Part shown: in pieces, positions 53,448 through 63,239 of the stretch
How positions within the stretch are numbered: position 1 is the stretch's first letter
Layout of the letters: each line of letters begins with the position of its first letter
From: Candidatus Poribacteria bacterium
GTDB taxonomy: Bacteria; Poribacteria; WGA-4E; WGA-3G
Reading direction: 5' to 3'
DNA length: 64,000 bases
Assembly (NCBI GenBank): GCA_012271015.1
Contig: JAAXHD010000315.1
Location: 26,762 to 90,761 of the forward strand
Program-made: the position numbers and the translations under genes
Notes under the pieces: generated by a model
What the model was told of the DNA's origin: nothing
What the model saw: the letters and a program-made list of their open reading frames with translations, nothing else
Databases searched by the model: none

Positions 53448-54509
53448 TTACACCTCTCCATCCCAATAACTTAGGCTTGGATCCTTACGATAAATCTTCC
53501 CAACGACATAGGGTAAGACCTTATTAGAATCCGGATATTCGCTCACATCGTGCGGCGTGGTCGTCCCGAGGATGAATAACGTGACTGGAGCGTCGCTGCT
53601 ATTTACAAACTTATGGGCACCGATGGTGCCCGGTGGAAATGCAAGGAAATCGCCCTCACTGACTTTCACATCGCCTCGGGGGGTTTTGAGCGTGCAGGCA
53701 CCCTCCATAACGTAGCACATCTCCTCCCCGAAATTGTGGAAATGCATCGGGAAACTCATCTTACCGGGTTGCAATCGAATCACGCGATACCCTAAATTTT
53801 TGCCACCGATGAGCGGGTCGATGTCTTTGTCCTCGAAATCGTAAGGGTGTGGTGCATTCTTATGCTGCCACGCAATTTCATCGATATGAATGCGGTTGAT
53901 GTAGATGTCGCGCCGGGCCTGCAGGCAGTCAATAAGGTGTTGGCGCGCATCTTTAAAAATGGAGTGGCCGTCACCGACAAGAATAGTATTGAATCGGAGT
54001 GCCAAGATCTTGCGCAGTTCGAGTGCAGCTTTCGGCGGATCGCTGAGTTTACTATCAGCGAGCAGCGTTAGCGCGCCCATCGGTTCACCTACCACGAGAT
54101 CTCCGAACAGGACGGCTTGTTTCTCTGGAAAATAGAGGGCGATTTCGCCGGGACTTTTCCCGTGCTTGAGATGGATGGCGTGTAAACCCGGAACAATCGC
54201 CTCACGGTCCTGAACCGTTCGGGTCGGTGTGATGTCCAACGCTTCGGCATCGGCTTCATGCACAACCACGTCGGCACCTGTCCATTCCTGAAAGACGGCG
54301 GCTTCGCGCTCATGATCGGCGTTGGTCAGAATGATCGACTGTGCGCCGCCGAGTGCTTTCAGGTGTTCTCGGTCATCATCGGACATTGGAACCGGATCTA
54401 TCAGGATATTTCCGTCTGGACGCACCCATAAATGTCCGTTAAAGTCTACCTGTCGGTCTCGACTAAAGATCCCCCAACTGTATATATCTTCAAAAATCAG
54501 GCGTTTCAT
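53448..54509 (-). CDS. metallo-beta-lactamase-fold-like domain fused to a C-terminal cupin
   Basis: The N-half resembles the MBL fold (SIILTNADHEREA, GLHAIHLKHGKSPGE, FGDLVVG), but the HxHxDH box is reduced to NADH. The C-half has cupin motifs FPMHFHNFGEEMCYVMEG and GDFLAFPPGTIGAHKF. Confidence 0.45.
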   Translation of the reverse strand: MKRLIFEDIYSWGIFSRDRQVDFNGHLWVRPDGNILIDPVPMSDDDREHLKALGGAQSIILTNADHEREAAVFQEWTGADVVVHEADAEALDITPTRTVQDREAIVPGLHAIHLKHGKSPGEIALYFPEKQAVLFGDLVVGEPMGALTLLADSKLSDPPKAALELRKILALRFNTILVGDGHSIFKDARQHLIDCLQARRDIYINRIHIDEIAWQHKNAPHPYDFEDKDIDPLIGGKNLGYRVIRLQPGKMSFPMHFHNFGEEMCYVMEGACTLKTPRGDVKVSEGDFLAFPPGTIGAHKFVNSSDAPVTLFILGTTTPHDVSEYPDSNKVLPYVVGKIYRKDPSLSYWDGEV

Positions 54510-54511
54510 TG

Positions 54512-55039
54512 TTATTTTTCCTTTGAGACGAATCCGTAGACCTCAAGCTCGTGTATGAAGGCTCTACCCAACGCTATCTGCGGTACAATTGCACCACGCC
54601 TCGGATCATACCGACTGGCTTTCTTTTCATCATCGGTAGTAGCACTGATGTAGATGCGGATTGCTTCTGTCACAACACCACTGAACCGCATTTCAAGGAC
54701 TGGACTATCGTTGTTCTGAATCTGCAGTATGGCACGCCAACGTCCGTCCCCTTCCAATTTCTCGTAGATCATGGCGTTTATAATATTGGTCCCGCGTATG
54801 GTAATCCGATGAATCGCCTTTTGTGTCGGCAGGTTTAGGTGAATCCACCGTCCATCGGCGTATCCCCTTGTTTTCGCATCGCCATCTATCATTTCTGGTG
54901 AAGTGCAGGTGACCCCTTCTGTGACGGCGTAGTTGTAAAGTTCCTGCGGTTCAAAAATCATCCGCAGCACCTTGGACTGGCATCCCAAGAGGACTGTAAC
55001 CGCGCAAATTGCTGGAAAGATAAAGAGGTAACGTCGCAT
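54512..55039 (-). CDS. lipoprotein with jelly-roll (discoidin-like) appearance
   Basis: Lipobox VLLGC. 175 aa. Its stop is 2 nt from the start of the downstream gene. Confidence 0.4.
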   Translation of the reverse strand: MRRYLFIFPAICAVTVLLGCQSKVLRMIFEPQELYNYAVTEGVTCTSPEMIDGDAKTRGYADGRWIHLNLPTQKAIHRITIRGTNIINAMIYEKLEGDGRWRAILQIQNNDSPVLEMRFSGVVTEAIRIYISATTDDEKKASRYDPRRGAIVPQIALGRAFIHELEVYGFVSKEK

Positions 55040-55188
55040 CTTTTCCCTCGCTTGATGTTTTCGCTTTTCAAAATACTATACCACGTTTCCATTTTTCTTT
55101 AAAGCGGAATTTTAGGAAAGGCGTTGTTTTAAAACTGCATTCCACATATAATGCAGTATCTGGATTTATAAGGAAAAGGAGAAGCAGC

Positions 55189-56226
55189 ATGTATAAAAGT
55201 GCGATTTTAGGGTGTCGAGGACGTGCTCGCGGGCACGCACGCGCATACCAACACGTCAAGGGTGGCAAACTTGCCGCTATTTGCGACATGCAGGAAGATC
55301 TGCTCAACGATTTCGGGGATGAATTCGGCATTGATGCTCGCTATACCGATCTCGATGAAATGCTTTCAAAGGAGAAACCCGATCTTCTGCACATCGTTAC
55401 CGCGCCCGTACTACGCGGGAGTAACAAACGCATTCGCTACCCACTGATGAACCAAGCCTCTGAACACGGCGTGCCTGCAGCGATCGTTGAAAAACCGATT
55501 GCCGTGGAGAGTGAAGACTGGCGGCAGATTTCCGAGCTTGCCCAACGCACCGAAACGAAGTTCGTCGTTAACACACAACTCAATTTCCATCCACAGAATC
55601 TTGCCCTCAAGCGTGATGTCGCAGAAGGCAAAATCGGTGCGATTAAGTTCATTGAGGCAAGCGCGCGCAACCCACCCGTCGACCAAGCACCACACGTCCT
55701 ACAACTCGTGTCGTCCTATATCGACAATTCGCGACCCGTGAAAGTACAAGGGCAGATCTCCGGTGCGGGACAACTCGATTCCGCGCAACCCTCGCCTGCG
55801 AATGCCACAGCACTTGTGACCTACGCAAACGGCGTGCAAACTTCAGTCGCATTTGGACCCGAGATGGCACCACGTGTGCTACCTGATACTTCAAATAACA
55901 GACACAAACGGGTCTGCGTCTTCGGTGAAAAAGGGTTCGTCCACTGGCGGTTTGAGAGTTGGGAACGAAATCTACCCGGAAGCGGATATGAAGGCGGCGA
56001 TCTCAACTACGGCGCACAAGATGTCATTGCCCAAGGTGGACTCACAGACGCAGTATTCAAATGGCTTGACGATGAGAGTCAGGTGCATCCAACACACCTG
56101 AAGCAATCTCTTGCTGAATTCAACCTATTGTTGGGAATTTACTATAGCGGTTTGACGAACACTGTCGTTGAATTGCCGTTTGATCCACCAGACGGGATGA
56201 TTGACATGTTCAGAGAACGACTTTAA
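55189..56226 (+). CDS. Gfo/Idh/MocA-family oxidoreductase
   Basis: N-terminal Rossmann segment SAILGCRGRARGHARAY. Length and layout are typical. AAGGAG lies before the ATG. Confidence 0.65.
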   Translation: MYKSAILGCRGRARGHARAYQHVKGGKLAAICDMQEDLLNDFGDEFGIDARYTDLDEMLSKEKPDLLHIVTAPVLRGSNKRIRYPLMNQASEHGVPAAIVEKPIAVESEDWRQISELAQRTETKFVVNTQLNFHPQNLALKRDVAEGKIGAIKFIEASARNPPVDQAPHVLQLVSSYIDNSRPVKVQGQISGAGQLDSAQPSPANATALVTYANGVQTSVAFGPEMAPRVLPDTSNNRHKRVCVFGEKGFVHWRFESWERNLPGSGYEGGDLNYGAQDVIAQGGLTDAVFKWLDDESQVHPTHLKQSLAEFNLLLGIYYSGLTNTVVELPFDPPDGMIDMFRERL

Positions 56227-56278
56227 AGGGAGTAGGCACGCTCCGACGTGCCGTTCACTTGTAGAAAAGGAACCCTTC

Positions 56279-57430
56279 GTGAACAATATCATCTACATGG
56301 ACAACCATGCAACAACGCCAATTGCACCGGAAGTGTTAGAAGCGATGATGCCTTACCTCACGACGAACTTTGGCAACGCTTCCAGCACACACCCGTTCGG
56401 TGTTCCGGCGAAGGAAGCTGTGGAAAAGGCGCGCCAACAGGTCGCTGAACTACTCGGTTGTTCAGGTGAGGAGATCGTCTTTACCAGTGGTGCCACCGAA
56501 TCGGACAATCTCGCTGTTAGGGGGATCGCCTACGCCTGTAGGGAGCAAGGGAACCACATCATCACAAGCACGGCGGAGCATCACGCAATTCTCGATACAT
56601 GCCATGCTTTGGCGACAGAGGGATTTGAAACCACGTATCTGCCGGTGGACAAATATGGGATGGTAAGTCCTGACGACGTGGAAGCTGCGATTACACCGAG
56701 AACGATCCTGATGAGTTTTATGTACGCAAACAATGAGATCGGCACAATAAACCCGATCACCGATATTGCCGCTATTGCTGCCAAACACGGCGTGCCTTTC
56801 CATTCGGATGCCGTGCAAGGCATCGGACAATTACTGTCAAATATGGAGATGCTCGGCGTAGATCTCGCATCCCTGACAGCGCACAAGATTTATGGACCGA
56901 AAGGGATCGGTGCGCTTTACATCCGTCGAAATAGTTCTCGACCGCATTCGCTTTTCTACGGCGGCGGACAGGAAGATGGTGTCCGCCCCGGCACGTTGAA
57001 CGTCGCGGGGATTGTTGGCTTAGGAGCGGCGTGTGATCTTGCTAAAAACTACATGGAGACAGGAAAAAACTGCGTGGCGACCCTGCGGGACTCACTTCAT
57101 CAGAAGTTAAACGCTCGTTTGAAGGACATTCATCTCAACGGACACCCCGAACAGCGGCTACCGGGCAATCTGAATCTCTGTTTTGCGGGTGTACAGAGCC
57201 ACGCTCTATTGATGGGGCTTAAGAGTGTCGCGGTGTCAACTGGATCGGCATGTGATTCTGAATCGGTGACGGCATCACACGTCTTGGTTGCGATGGGGAT
57301 TCCAAATGAACTGGCGGTGACTGCTGTCCGTTTCGGTTTAGGACGCTACAACACCGCGGAAGAAGTTGACGTTGTCGTCGATGAGGTCGTAAGGATTGTT
57401 AACCGGTTACGTGAATTATCAGGTAATTGA
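56279..57430 (+). CDS. cysteine desulfurase (NifS/IscS-like, class V aminotransferase fold)
   Basis: IYMDNHATTP, PLP-lysine SLTAHKIYGPKG, catalytic Cys STGSACDSE. The start is uncertain: GTG 56279 is preferred over ORF-track 56201, which overlaps the upstream gene, and ATG 56297 is also possible. Confidence 0.8.
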   Translation: MNNIIYMDNHATTPIAPEVLEAMMPYLTTNFGNASSTHPFGVPAKEAVEKARQQVAELLGCSGEEIVFTSGATESDNLAVRGIAYACREQGNHIITSTAEHHAILDTCHALATEGFETTYLPVDKYGMVSPDDVEAAITPRTILMSFMYANNEIGTINPITDIAAIAAKHGVPFHSDAVQGIGQLLSNMEMLGVDLASLTAHKIYGPKGIGALYIRRNSSRPHSLFYGGGQEDGVRPGTLNVAGIVGLGAACDLAKNYMETGKNCVATLRDSLHQKLNARLKDIHLNGHPEQRLPGNLNLCFAGVQSHALLMGLKSVAVSTGSACDSESVTASHVLVAMGIPNELAVTAVRFGLGRYNTAEEVDVVVDEVVRIVNRLRELSGN

Positions 57431-57448
57431 TGCGTACAAGGAGAATTT

Positions 57449-59524
57449 ATGCTGACCGTTGAAGAACTCATTGCTTGCGGATTGGAAACAGGAGAGGCAT
57501 CGAAAATAGCCGAAGCCGTCAATCGGATATTGGAGACGCAATCGCCGACTGCCTCTTGGTACGAAATTTCACGCTACATTCTCACGCCACACCACCCGTT
57601 CGCACTCCACCAACTGCTTTATGAGACGACGTATGCCAACTTTGATCGCGCAGCATACGGACCACCGCCTGCCTGGTTTCCTACCAACGAAGACATCACG
57701 GCAGCAAATATCACCCGTTTAATGGCAGAATTACACATCAAAACCTATTCCGAATTCCACGCTTGGTCAGTTGCCAATCGCGATACATTTTGGCAGATGA
57801 TGATCGATGTATTGGACGTTAAGACGACATCTACAAACACGGATGCTCAACAAGGAGCGACAGGTATCGCAACGAACCTCTCGACACTTAACATCGTTGA
57901 GAGTTGTTTCAGTGCACCTCCCGATGTCATCGCGATTGTTACGCAACGAGAGAACGATGAGGAATTGGCACGGTTCACCTACCACGAACTGGAGTTGCTT
58001 ACCAATCGAGTCGCGAACGGACTCGTCGAAATCGGTATAGAGCCAGGCGATGCGGTGGCAGTCGACATGCCGATGAGTGCTGAATCTGTCGCCATCTATC
58101 TGGGGATCGTCAAAGCCGGATGTGCTGTTGTAGGCATCGCCGATAGTTTTGCCCCAGACGAGATAGCCACCCGCCTCCGTATCGGTAATGCCAAAGCAAT
58201 CTTTACACAGGATTATATCAACAGGGCAGGTAAACGCCTCCCGTTATATGAGAAAGTGATCGCCGCAAATGCACCAAAAGCGATTGTATTTAGGACAGCT
58301 TGCAAGCTAAATCTTGCTATAGAAAAACCGTGTGAAGACGATGACGGGGTCGCACGGATCCAACGCCAAGACGATATGACATGGGATGACTTCCTGAGTG
58401 ACACGGATACCTTTACCGCCGTTCCGTGCCATCCTGATGCCCATACCAATATCCTCTTTTCCTCCGGGACCACTGGCGAACCGAAGGCAATTCCTTGGAC
58501 GCATACGACTCCGATCAAATGCGCGGCAGATGCCTACCTACACCACGATATTCACATCAACGACGTGTTGGTATGGCACACAAACCTCGGTTGGATGATG
58601 GGGCCGTGGCTCATCTACGCCAGCCTTATTAATAAAGCCACCATCGCCCTATATGACGGTGTGCCGACGGGACGCGACTTCGGCGTTTTTGTCCAGAACG
58701 CGAAAGTAAGCATGCTCGGTGTCGTACCTACCCTCGTCCGCGCATGGAAAAATACAGAATGTATGCACGGACTGGACTGGCGCGCGATCCGAGCCTTCAG
58801 TTCAACAGGTGAATGTTCTAATCCAGAGGAGATGCTATACCTCATGTCCTTAGCGGGTTATAAACCCGTGATAGAATATTGCGGCGGCACCGAAATCGGA
58901 GGGGGTTATGTCACCGGTACGCGGGTACAACCCGCTGCGCCTTCGACCTTTACAACACCAGCACTCGGCTCGGATTTCCTACTTTATGATGACCATGGAA
59001 ATCCCTCCGATAACGGTGAAGTTTTCATCGTTCCGCCCTCTCTTGGTCTCTCCACGAGTTTGCTCAATGCTGACCACGATGAAGTCTACTTTGCAGGGAC
59101 CCCGCGTCCCGATCTGCGCCGCCACGGCGACGCAATCGAAAGGTTAGGCAAGAGATTTGAAAACGAGCCACGGTTTGCAGGAATTAAATATCGGGTTCAC
59201 GGACGCGTTGACGATACGATGAACTTGAGTGGGATCAAGGTGAGTTCGGCAGAGATTGAAGAAGTGCTTAACGTCGTTGATGGGATACAGGAGACAGCGG
59301 CGGTCGCTGTTTCACCGGAAGACGGCGGTCCCAGCCGACTCGTCATCTATACCGTGCTGATAGCACCGGAATCTGGGGGACCAGCAAAACAGGAGGTTCA
59401 TGATACGCTGCAAGTCGCGCTCTCCCAACATCTCAACCCGCTGTTCAGAATCCACGATGTCGTTATAGTGGACGCGTTGCCACGAACAGCCTCTAATAAG
59501 GTGATGCGTCGGTTGCTGCGTTAG
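57449..59524 (+). CDS. adenylate-forming acyl/acetyl-CoA-synthetase-like ligase
   Basis: AMP-binding motif ILFSSGTTGEPKAI. Later blocks are EYCGGTEIGG and SGIKVSSAEIEE, with C-terminal LPRTASNKVMRR. AAGGAG lies before the ATG, 18 nt after the previous stop. Confidence 0.75.
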   Translation: MLTVEELIACGLETGEASKIAEAVNRILETQSPTASWYEISRYILTPHHPFALHQLLYETTYANFDRAAYGPPPAWFPTNEDITAANITRLMAELHIKTYSEFHAWSVANRDTFWQMMIDVLDVKTTSTNTDAQQGATGIATNLSTLNIVESCFSAPPDVIAIVTQRENDEELARFTYHELELLTNRVANGLVEIGIEPGDAVAVDMPMSAESVAIYLGIVKAGCAVVGIADSFAPDEIATRLRIGNAKAIFTQDYINRAGKRLPLYEKVIAANAPKAIVFRTACKLNLAIEKPCEDDDGVARIQRQDDMTWDDFLSDTDTFTAVPCHPDAHTNILFSSGTTGEPKAIPWTHTTPIKCAADAYLHHDIHINDVLVWHTNLGWMMGPWLIYASLINKATIALYDGVPTGRDFGVFVQNAKVSMLGVVPTLVRAWKNTECMHGLDWRAIRAFSSTGECSNPEEMLYLMSLAGYKPVIEYCGGTEIGGGYVTGTRVQPAAPSTFTTPALGSDFLLYDDHGNPSDNGEVFIVPPSLGLSTSLLNADHDEVYFAGTPRPDLRRHGDAIERLGKRFENEPRFAGIKYRVHGRVDDTMNLSGIKVSSAEIEEVLNVVDGIQETAAVAVSPEDGGPSRLVIYTVLIAPESGGPAKQEVHDTLQVALSQHLNPLFRIHDVVIVDALPRTASNKVMRRLLR

Positions 59525-59617
59525 CAAAATAGTAGTCAGCCAATATGTAGAAATTTGACCTTTTTCTAATAGCATGCTACTATTTTGGCAATTCACGTCA
59601 ATAAATGGAGTCGCACC

Positions 59618-60835
59618 ATGCAAGAGAAACAATTCAAAGTTAGAGCGGCGCACTGTGATTATCGTGCAACGGAGGAGGAGATTTATCAAACACTCCGCCG
59701 TATTACCGATCCGCTCACCCGCGCTTGGAAACCGATTGAGACCGCCAAGAAGGTGGTCATGAAATTCAATATGATGAAACCGGCTGAGCGCATTATCTAC
59801 TTTGAGGGGCGCCGCCGAGAATTGGTAGACGATGCGGTTTGCCGCGCCGTGTTACGATTAATCAAGGAACATACCACAGCGCAACTGGTCGCTACCGACA
59901 CGAACCCCTATACCCACGGGCATCGAATGCCTCCCGGTTTCAACTATGAATACCTTCTGAAAGAATTCGACGTACAGTTCGTTGATTCCAATCTGCCACC
60001 GTTTAAGGTCTACGATGTCCCCGGCGGCGGTTCAATGTTCGACCGATATACGCTGAGTTCGTGTTTTGACGATGCGGACGCAGTCGTCTCTGTAGCGAAG
60101 ATGAAAAATCATGCCTTCATGGGCATCACCTTGTGCACCAAAAACCTGTTCGGATTGCCACCGATGCTTCTCCCAGAAGGCAGGACACGCAGCTATTACC
60201 ATCATCTCATCCGACTCTCCTACGTACTCCCGGATCTGGCACTCATCACGAAACCGTGCCTCAATATCATTGATGCATTGACGGGACAGTGGGGACGCGA
60301 ATGGGGCGGCGAAGGCAGAATCTGTAACGCACTCATCGCCGGGGATCATCCGATCTCTACTGACACCGTTGGTATGCACTTGATGGGACACGATCCACAG
60401 TCCGACTGGCCCACACCGCCTTTCAAGCGCGATCGGAACCATATTCTCATCGCGGCACAGCGCGGATACGGCACTGTCAACTTGGATGAGATCGATTGGG
60501 AGAGCGAAGTCAAGGCGCCGCTGGCGGAATTTGATTCCGTGGAAACGGATACGCCAGAGACGGTCGCTAACTGGCGGCGAACAACGTGTGAGCAGGGATT
60601 GGTTTATCTCGAAAACCAGAAGGACCTGATTGACCGGTATCGTAACAACTTCATCTATATGCAAGGTGGCGAAGTCGTTTGGAGCGGACCGGATCCATCG
60701 AATCTCGGTAGCCGTCGACAGTTGAGCGGCGAAAAGAAGGATAGCGCACTTTGGTTGAAACTTGTCGATGCTGAAGAGCACGAAGGCGAACGGTTCAACG
60801 TCTATGAGGAATGTCTGAAACCCTTCGCGGCGTAA
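59618..60835 (+). CDS. DUF362-like protein
   Basis: KVVMKFNMMKP and ADAVVSVAKMKNHAFMGITLCTKNLFG follow the DUF362 pattern. The ORF-track start is TTG; ATG 59618 is preferred. Confidence 0.55.
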   Translation: MQEKQFKVRAAHCDYRATEEEIYQTLRRITDPLTRAWKPIETAKKVVMKFNMMKPAERIIYFEGRRRELVDDAVCRAVLRLIKEHTTAQLVATDTNPYTHGHRMPPGFNYEYLLKEFDVQFVDSNLPPFKVYDVPGGGSMFDRYTLSSCFDDADAVVSVAKMKNHAFMGITLCTKNLFGLPPMLLPEGRTRSYYHHLIRLSYVLPDLALITKPCLNIIDALTGQWGREWGGEGRICNALIAGDHPISTDTVGMHLMGHDPQSDWPTPPFKRDRNHILIAAQRGYGTVNLDEIDWESEVKAPLAEFDSVETDTPETVANWRRTTCEQGLVYLENQKDLIDRYRNNFIYMQGGEVVWSGPDPSNLGSRRQLSGEKKDSALWLKLVDAEEHEGERFNVYEECLKPFAA

Positions 60836-60882
60836 ATCCGACTTCCTTAGATCCGGTAGGTGTGGAATGTAATACAAGGAAC

Positions 60883-60910
60883 GGATTTAGTCTATTCCCA
60901 GACTAAATCC
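60883..60910. other. 11-bp perfect hairpin
   Basis: GGATTTAGTCT-attccc-AGACTAAATCC, 48 nt after the DUF362 stop. No T run follows. Confidence 0.5.
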
Positions 60911-60930
60911 CCTAACTGCCCCGGTACCTC

Positions 60931-60958
60931 TTAGAAAATTATTGAATTAATTTTCTAA
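60931..60958. promoter_or_regulatory. AT-rich 11-bp perfect inverted repeat (candidate operator)
   Basis: TTAGAAAATTA-ttgaat-TAATTTTCTAA, 38 nt upstream of the PhyH ATG at 60996. Confidence 0.35.
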
Positions 60959-60995
60959 CTTTTATTCAACCTCGCCTATTGAAGGAGATCGCAAA

Positions 60996-61748
60996 ATGGG
61001 TATCACCGAAGCGGACAAAAAGCAATTGGACGAACAGGGATGCATCGTCATCTCAGATGTGCTTTCCGACAAGGAGATTGAAGTCTACAGAGCCGATATA
61101 CTCCGGTTGGCGGAAGAGGAAAAGCAGAACGGATTGGCGCGTCAACATACCGACGGACATGGACAACACGTCCGTTGGTTAGTCAACAAAGGTGAGATGT
61201 ACGAGAGGCTTGTTGCGCGCCCCAAAGTGATGCCCTACTTTGAACATCTGCTCGGTCCCGACTACACCCTCAGCACCCTCACTTCTAACATTATTGATCC
61301 CGGCGCGCCGGACGGTGGCTACCACGTCGATAGCGTGCTTGGGTCGATGCCGGAGCCGCTACCCAGTTTTCCGTTGGTCGCCAACAGTCTCTGGTTGCTC
61401 GACGATTTCACACCAGAGAACGGTGGCACTCGTCATGTGCCGGGCATCCATCTTCAACGGATCAAGCCCCCTCCGGGTACAACCCACCATCCCGAAGAGG
61501 TTCGGCTTTCTGCACCGAAAGGCTCCGTGTTTCTCTTTAATGGTGCAATCTGGCACTCCGCGGGTGCCAATAAAACCGATCGACAGCGTATTGCGCTAAT
61601 CTGTTTTTGTTGCCGTTCTTTTGTCAAACCGATGTTCGATTTCGTGCATCACCTCAAGCCAGAGGTCGTCGAACGCGCCACCCCAACCATGCGCCGTATC
61701 TACGGCTTCGATTCCCAACCCCAACCTCCGGATCAACCGACGCAATAA
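60996..61748 (+). CDS. phytanoyl-CoA dioxygenase (PhyH) family oxygenase
   Basis: LDEQGCIVISDVLSDKEIEVY, H-x-D in GGYHVDSVL, distal His in NGAIWHSAGANKTD. GAAGGAG lies before the ATG. Confidence 0.8.
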   Translation: MGITEADKKQLDEQGCIVISDVLSDKEIEVYRADILRLAEEEKQNGLARQHTDGHGQHVRWLVNKGEMYERLVARPKVMPYFEHLLGPDYTLSTLTSNIIDPGAPDGGYHVDSVLGSMPEPLPSFPLVANSLWLLDDFTPENGGTRHVPGIHLQRIKPPPGTTHHPEEVRLSAPKGSVFLFNGAIWHSAGANKTDRQRIALICFCCRSFVKPMFDFVHHLKPEVVERATPTMRRIYGFDSQPQPPDQPTQ

Positions 61749-61893
61749 TTGAATTTTTCTGAAAAACGGAAATGAGAACAGAATACCGTATCACTTGCCG
61801 AATATCAGCAATATGAAATGCAACCTCAATATAAGAAATTGCTGGCGAGGTTTCCCAATCTCACCGGCGGAGAGCAGGGCGAAAATTTTCGGA

Positions 61894-62676
61894 TTAGTAC
61901 CGCTCAATCATCGACCGCTTTAGCGTTCCCCATGTTACTGCAAGTTTGCCTGATGCCTCGACCGCCAATGCCGCCCGCATATCCATCGTAATGCCCTGGA
62001 TCTCATCTTCGGTGAGTGCCTGATTGAACATTGCCACCTCATCCAGCACGCCTGACCAGAAATCGCCTCTCGGATTCCCCCAACGTCCGATTCGGACGGG
62101 TTCCGTATTGTGATCCGGCGGGATTTCGGTCTTGGTTTCGCCCTCCATTACACCATCAAAATACGCCCGTAGGAACGTGCCATCAAAGGTCGCAGCGACG
62201 TGATGCCATTTCCCATCGGCAGCGACTGTCTTGCTGAAGGCGGTCTTCCATGCACCGGCAGTGGTGTAGTTCACGCCGAGCAACTTTGTATTACCCGCAA
62301 CGAATATCCCATAATTCCTAGGGTTCCCAGCAACGGGTTCCTTTCCTATCACGGTTTGCCAGAGACCGGTTGGTTCCGTTTTGATCCACGCCGATAGTGT
62401 GTATTCGGTGAGATCGAAATCGGCGTGATGTGGAATTTCCACAATATTTCCTTTCCCATCGAATTCGAGTGCCATTCCTATTTTTCCCTGAACCCATTTC
62501 GCGCCCTGAATATCGCCATCATGCCCATTTCCAGACGCATCTTTCGCGACACCGCCTTGGTTCTCGTCGAAAAGCCAGGTGCCGACGAGTGCGTCTTCCA
62601 AGACATCTGCCACACTGATGCCAGTGCCATACAGCAGTACCATCAATAGCATCACAGGTGATTTCCAAGCAATCAT
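61894..62676 (-). CDS. secreted LamG (concanavalin-A-like) protein, paralog of 34770-35594
   Basis: Signal peptide, then WLFDENQGGVAKDASGNGHDGDIQGAKWVQGKIGMALEFDGKGNIVEIPH. Shared tail LAVEASGKLAVTWGTLK vs LAVEPSDKLALTWGDLK. Confidence 0.7.
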   Translation of the reverse strand: MIAWKSPVMLLMVLLYGTGISVADVLEDALVGTWLFDENQGGVAKDASGNGHDGDIQGAKWVQGKIGMALEFDGKGNIVEIPHHADFDLTEYTLSAWIKTEPTGLWQTVIGKEPVAGNPRNYGIFVAGNTKLLGVNYTTAGAWKTAFSKTVAADGKWHHVAATFDGTFLRAYFDGVMEGETKTEIPPDHNTEPVRIGRWGNPRGDFWSGVLDEVAMFNQALTEDEIQGITMDMRAALAVEASGKLAVTWGTLKRSMIERY

Positions 62677-62897
62677 TATTACATCCTCCTCTATTTAGAC
62701 CAAAAACCAGTAAAGTGAAGACAAGTTTTTTTGCTCAAATTCGACAGATGTCACATGTCCTAATGCCGGGTGTGGACGCTTCTGGTGATACATCTGTCCA
62801 ATAAAATGACCGATACGGGCTTTCGCTTCGATTATATTATCATAACCTAAGTTGCTACGGACAGGATTTTAGGCGTGCAGACCCCATTTTTAATCGA

Positions 62898-63020
62898 TAG
62901 GACTTACGCAAGGGCTCTTTTGTAGCATAACCCATTAGGTTGCGCCCTGAGAACGTCTGTGTTTTTTGAGAGTCTATCCTCCTAAGGGAGCGTCATATCA
63001 TCAAAATCTCGGAAGTCCTA
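62898..63020. repeat. MITE-like element, TAGGACTTACGC family (degenerate right end)
   Basis: Left end TAGGACTTACGC, right end CGGAAGTCCTA. The interior block CTTTTGTAGCATAACCCATTAGGTTG is related to copies 1 and 2. Confidence 0.55.
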
Positions 63021-63239
63021 TAAAAAACGAATGGCAACACGAATAAGGAGCGGATCGGTATCAAAATGTGTGTTGCTATCCCTCTGTAAACTTTTTTCTC
63101 ACCTTGAGCGTTTATGATAAAAACGAGAAACAAGTGGACCTGTATTCGTAAGGGTCTTATTCACAAAACCACGAATTCCCCATAGAAGACTCCTGATAGC
63201 GACTCAAAAGGAGATGTTGAAATCAGAACCCTGAGTTTG

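Noticed and set aside
60032-60877. 281-aa ORF on the minus strand
   Set aside because: It lies entirely antisense to the DUF362-like gene. Its translation is Arg/Ser/Cys-rich with no motif and no ribosome-binding site, which is typical of a shadow ORF in GC-richer coding DNA.
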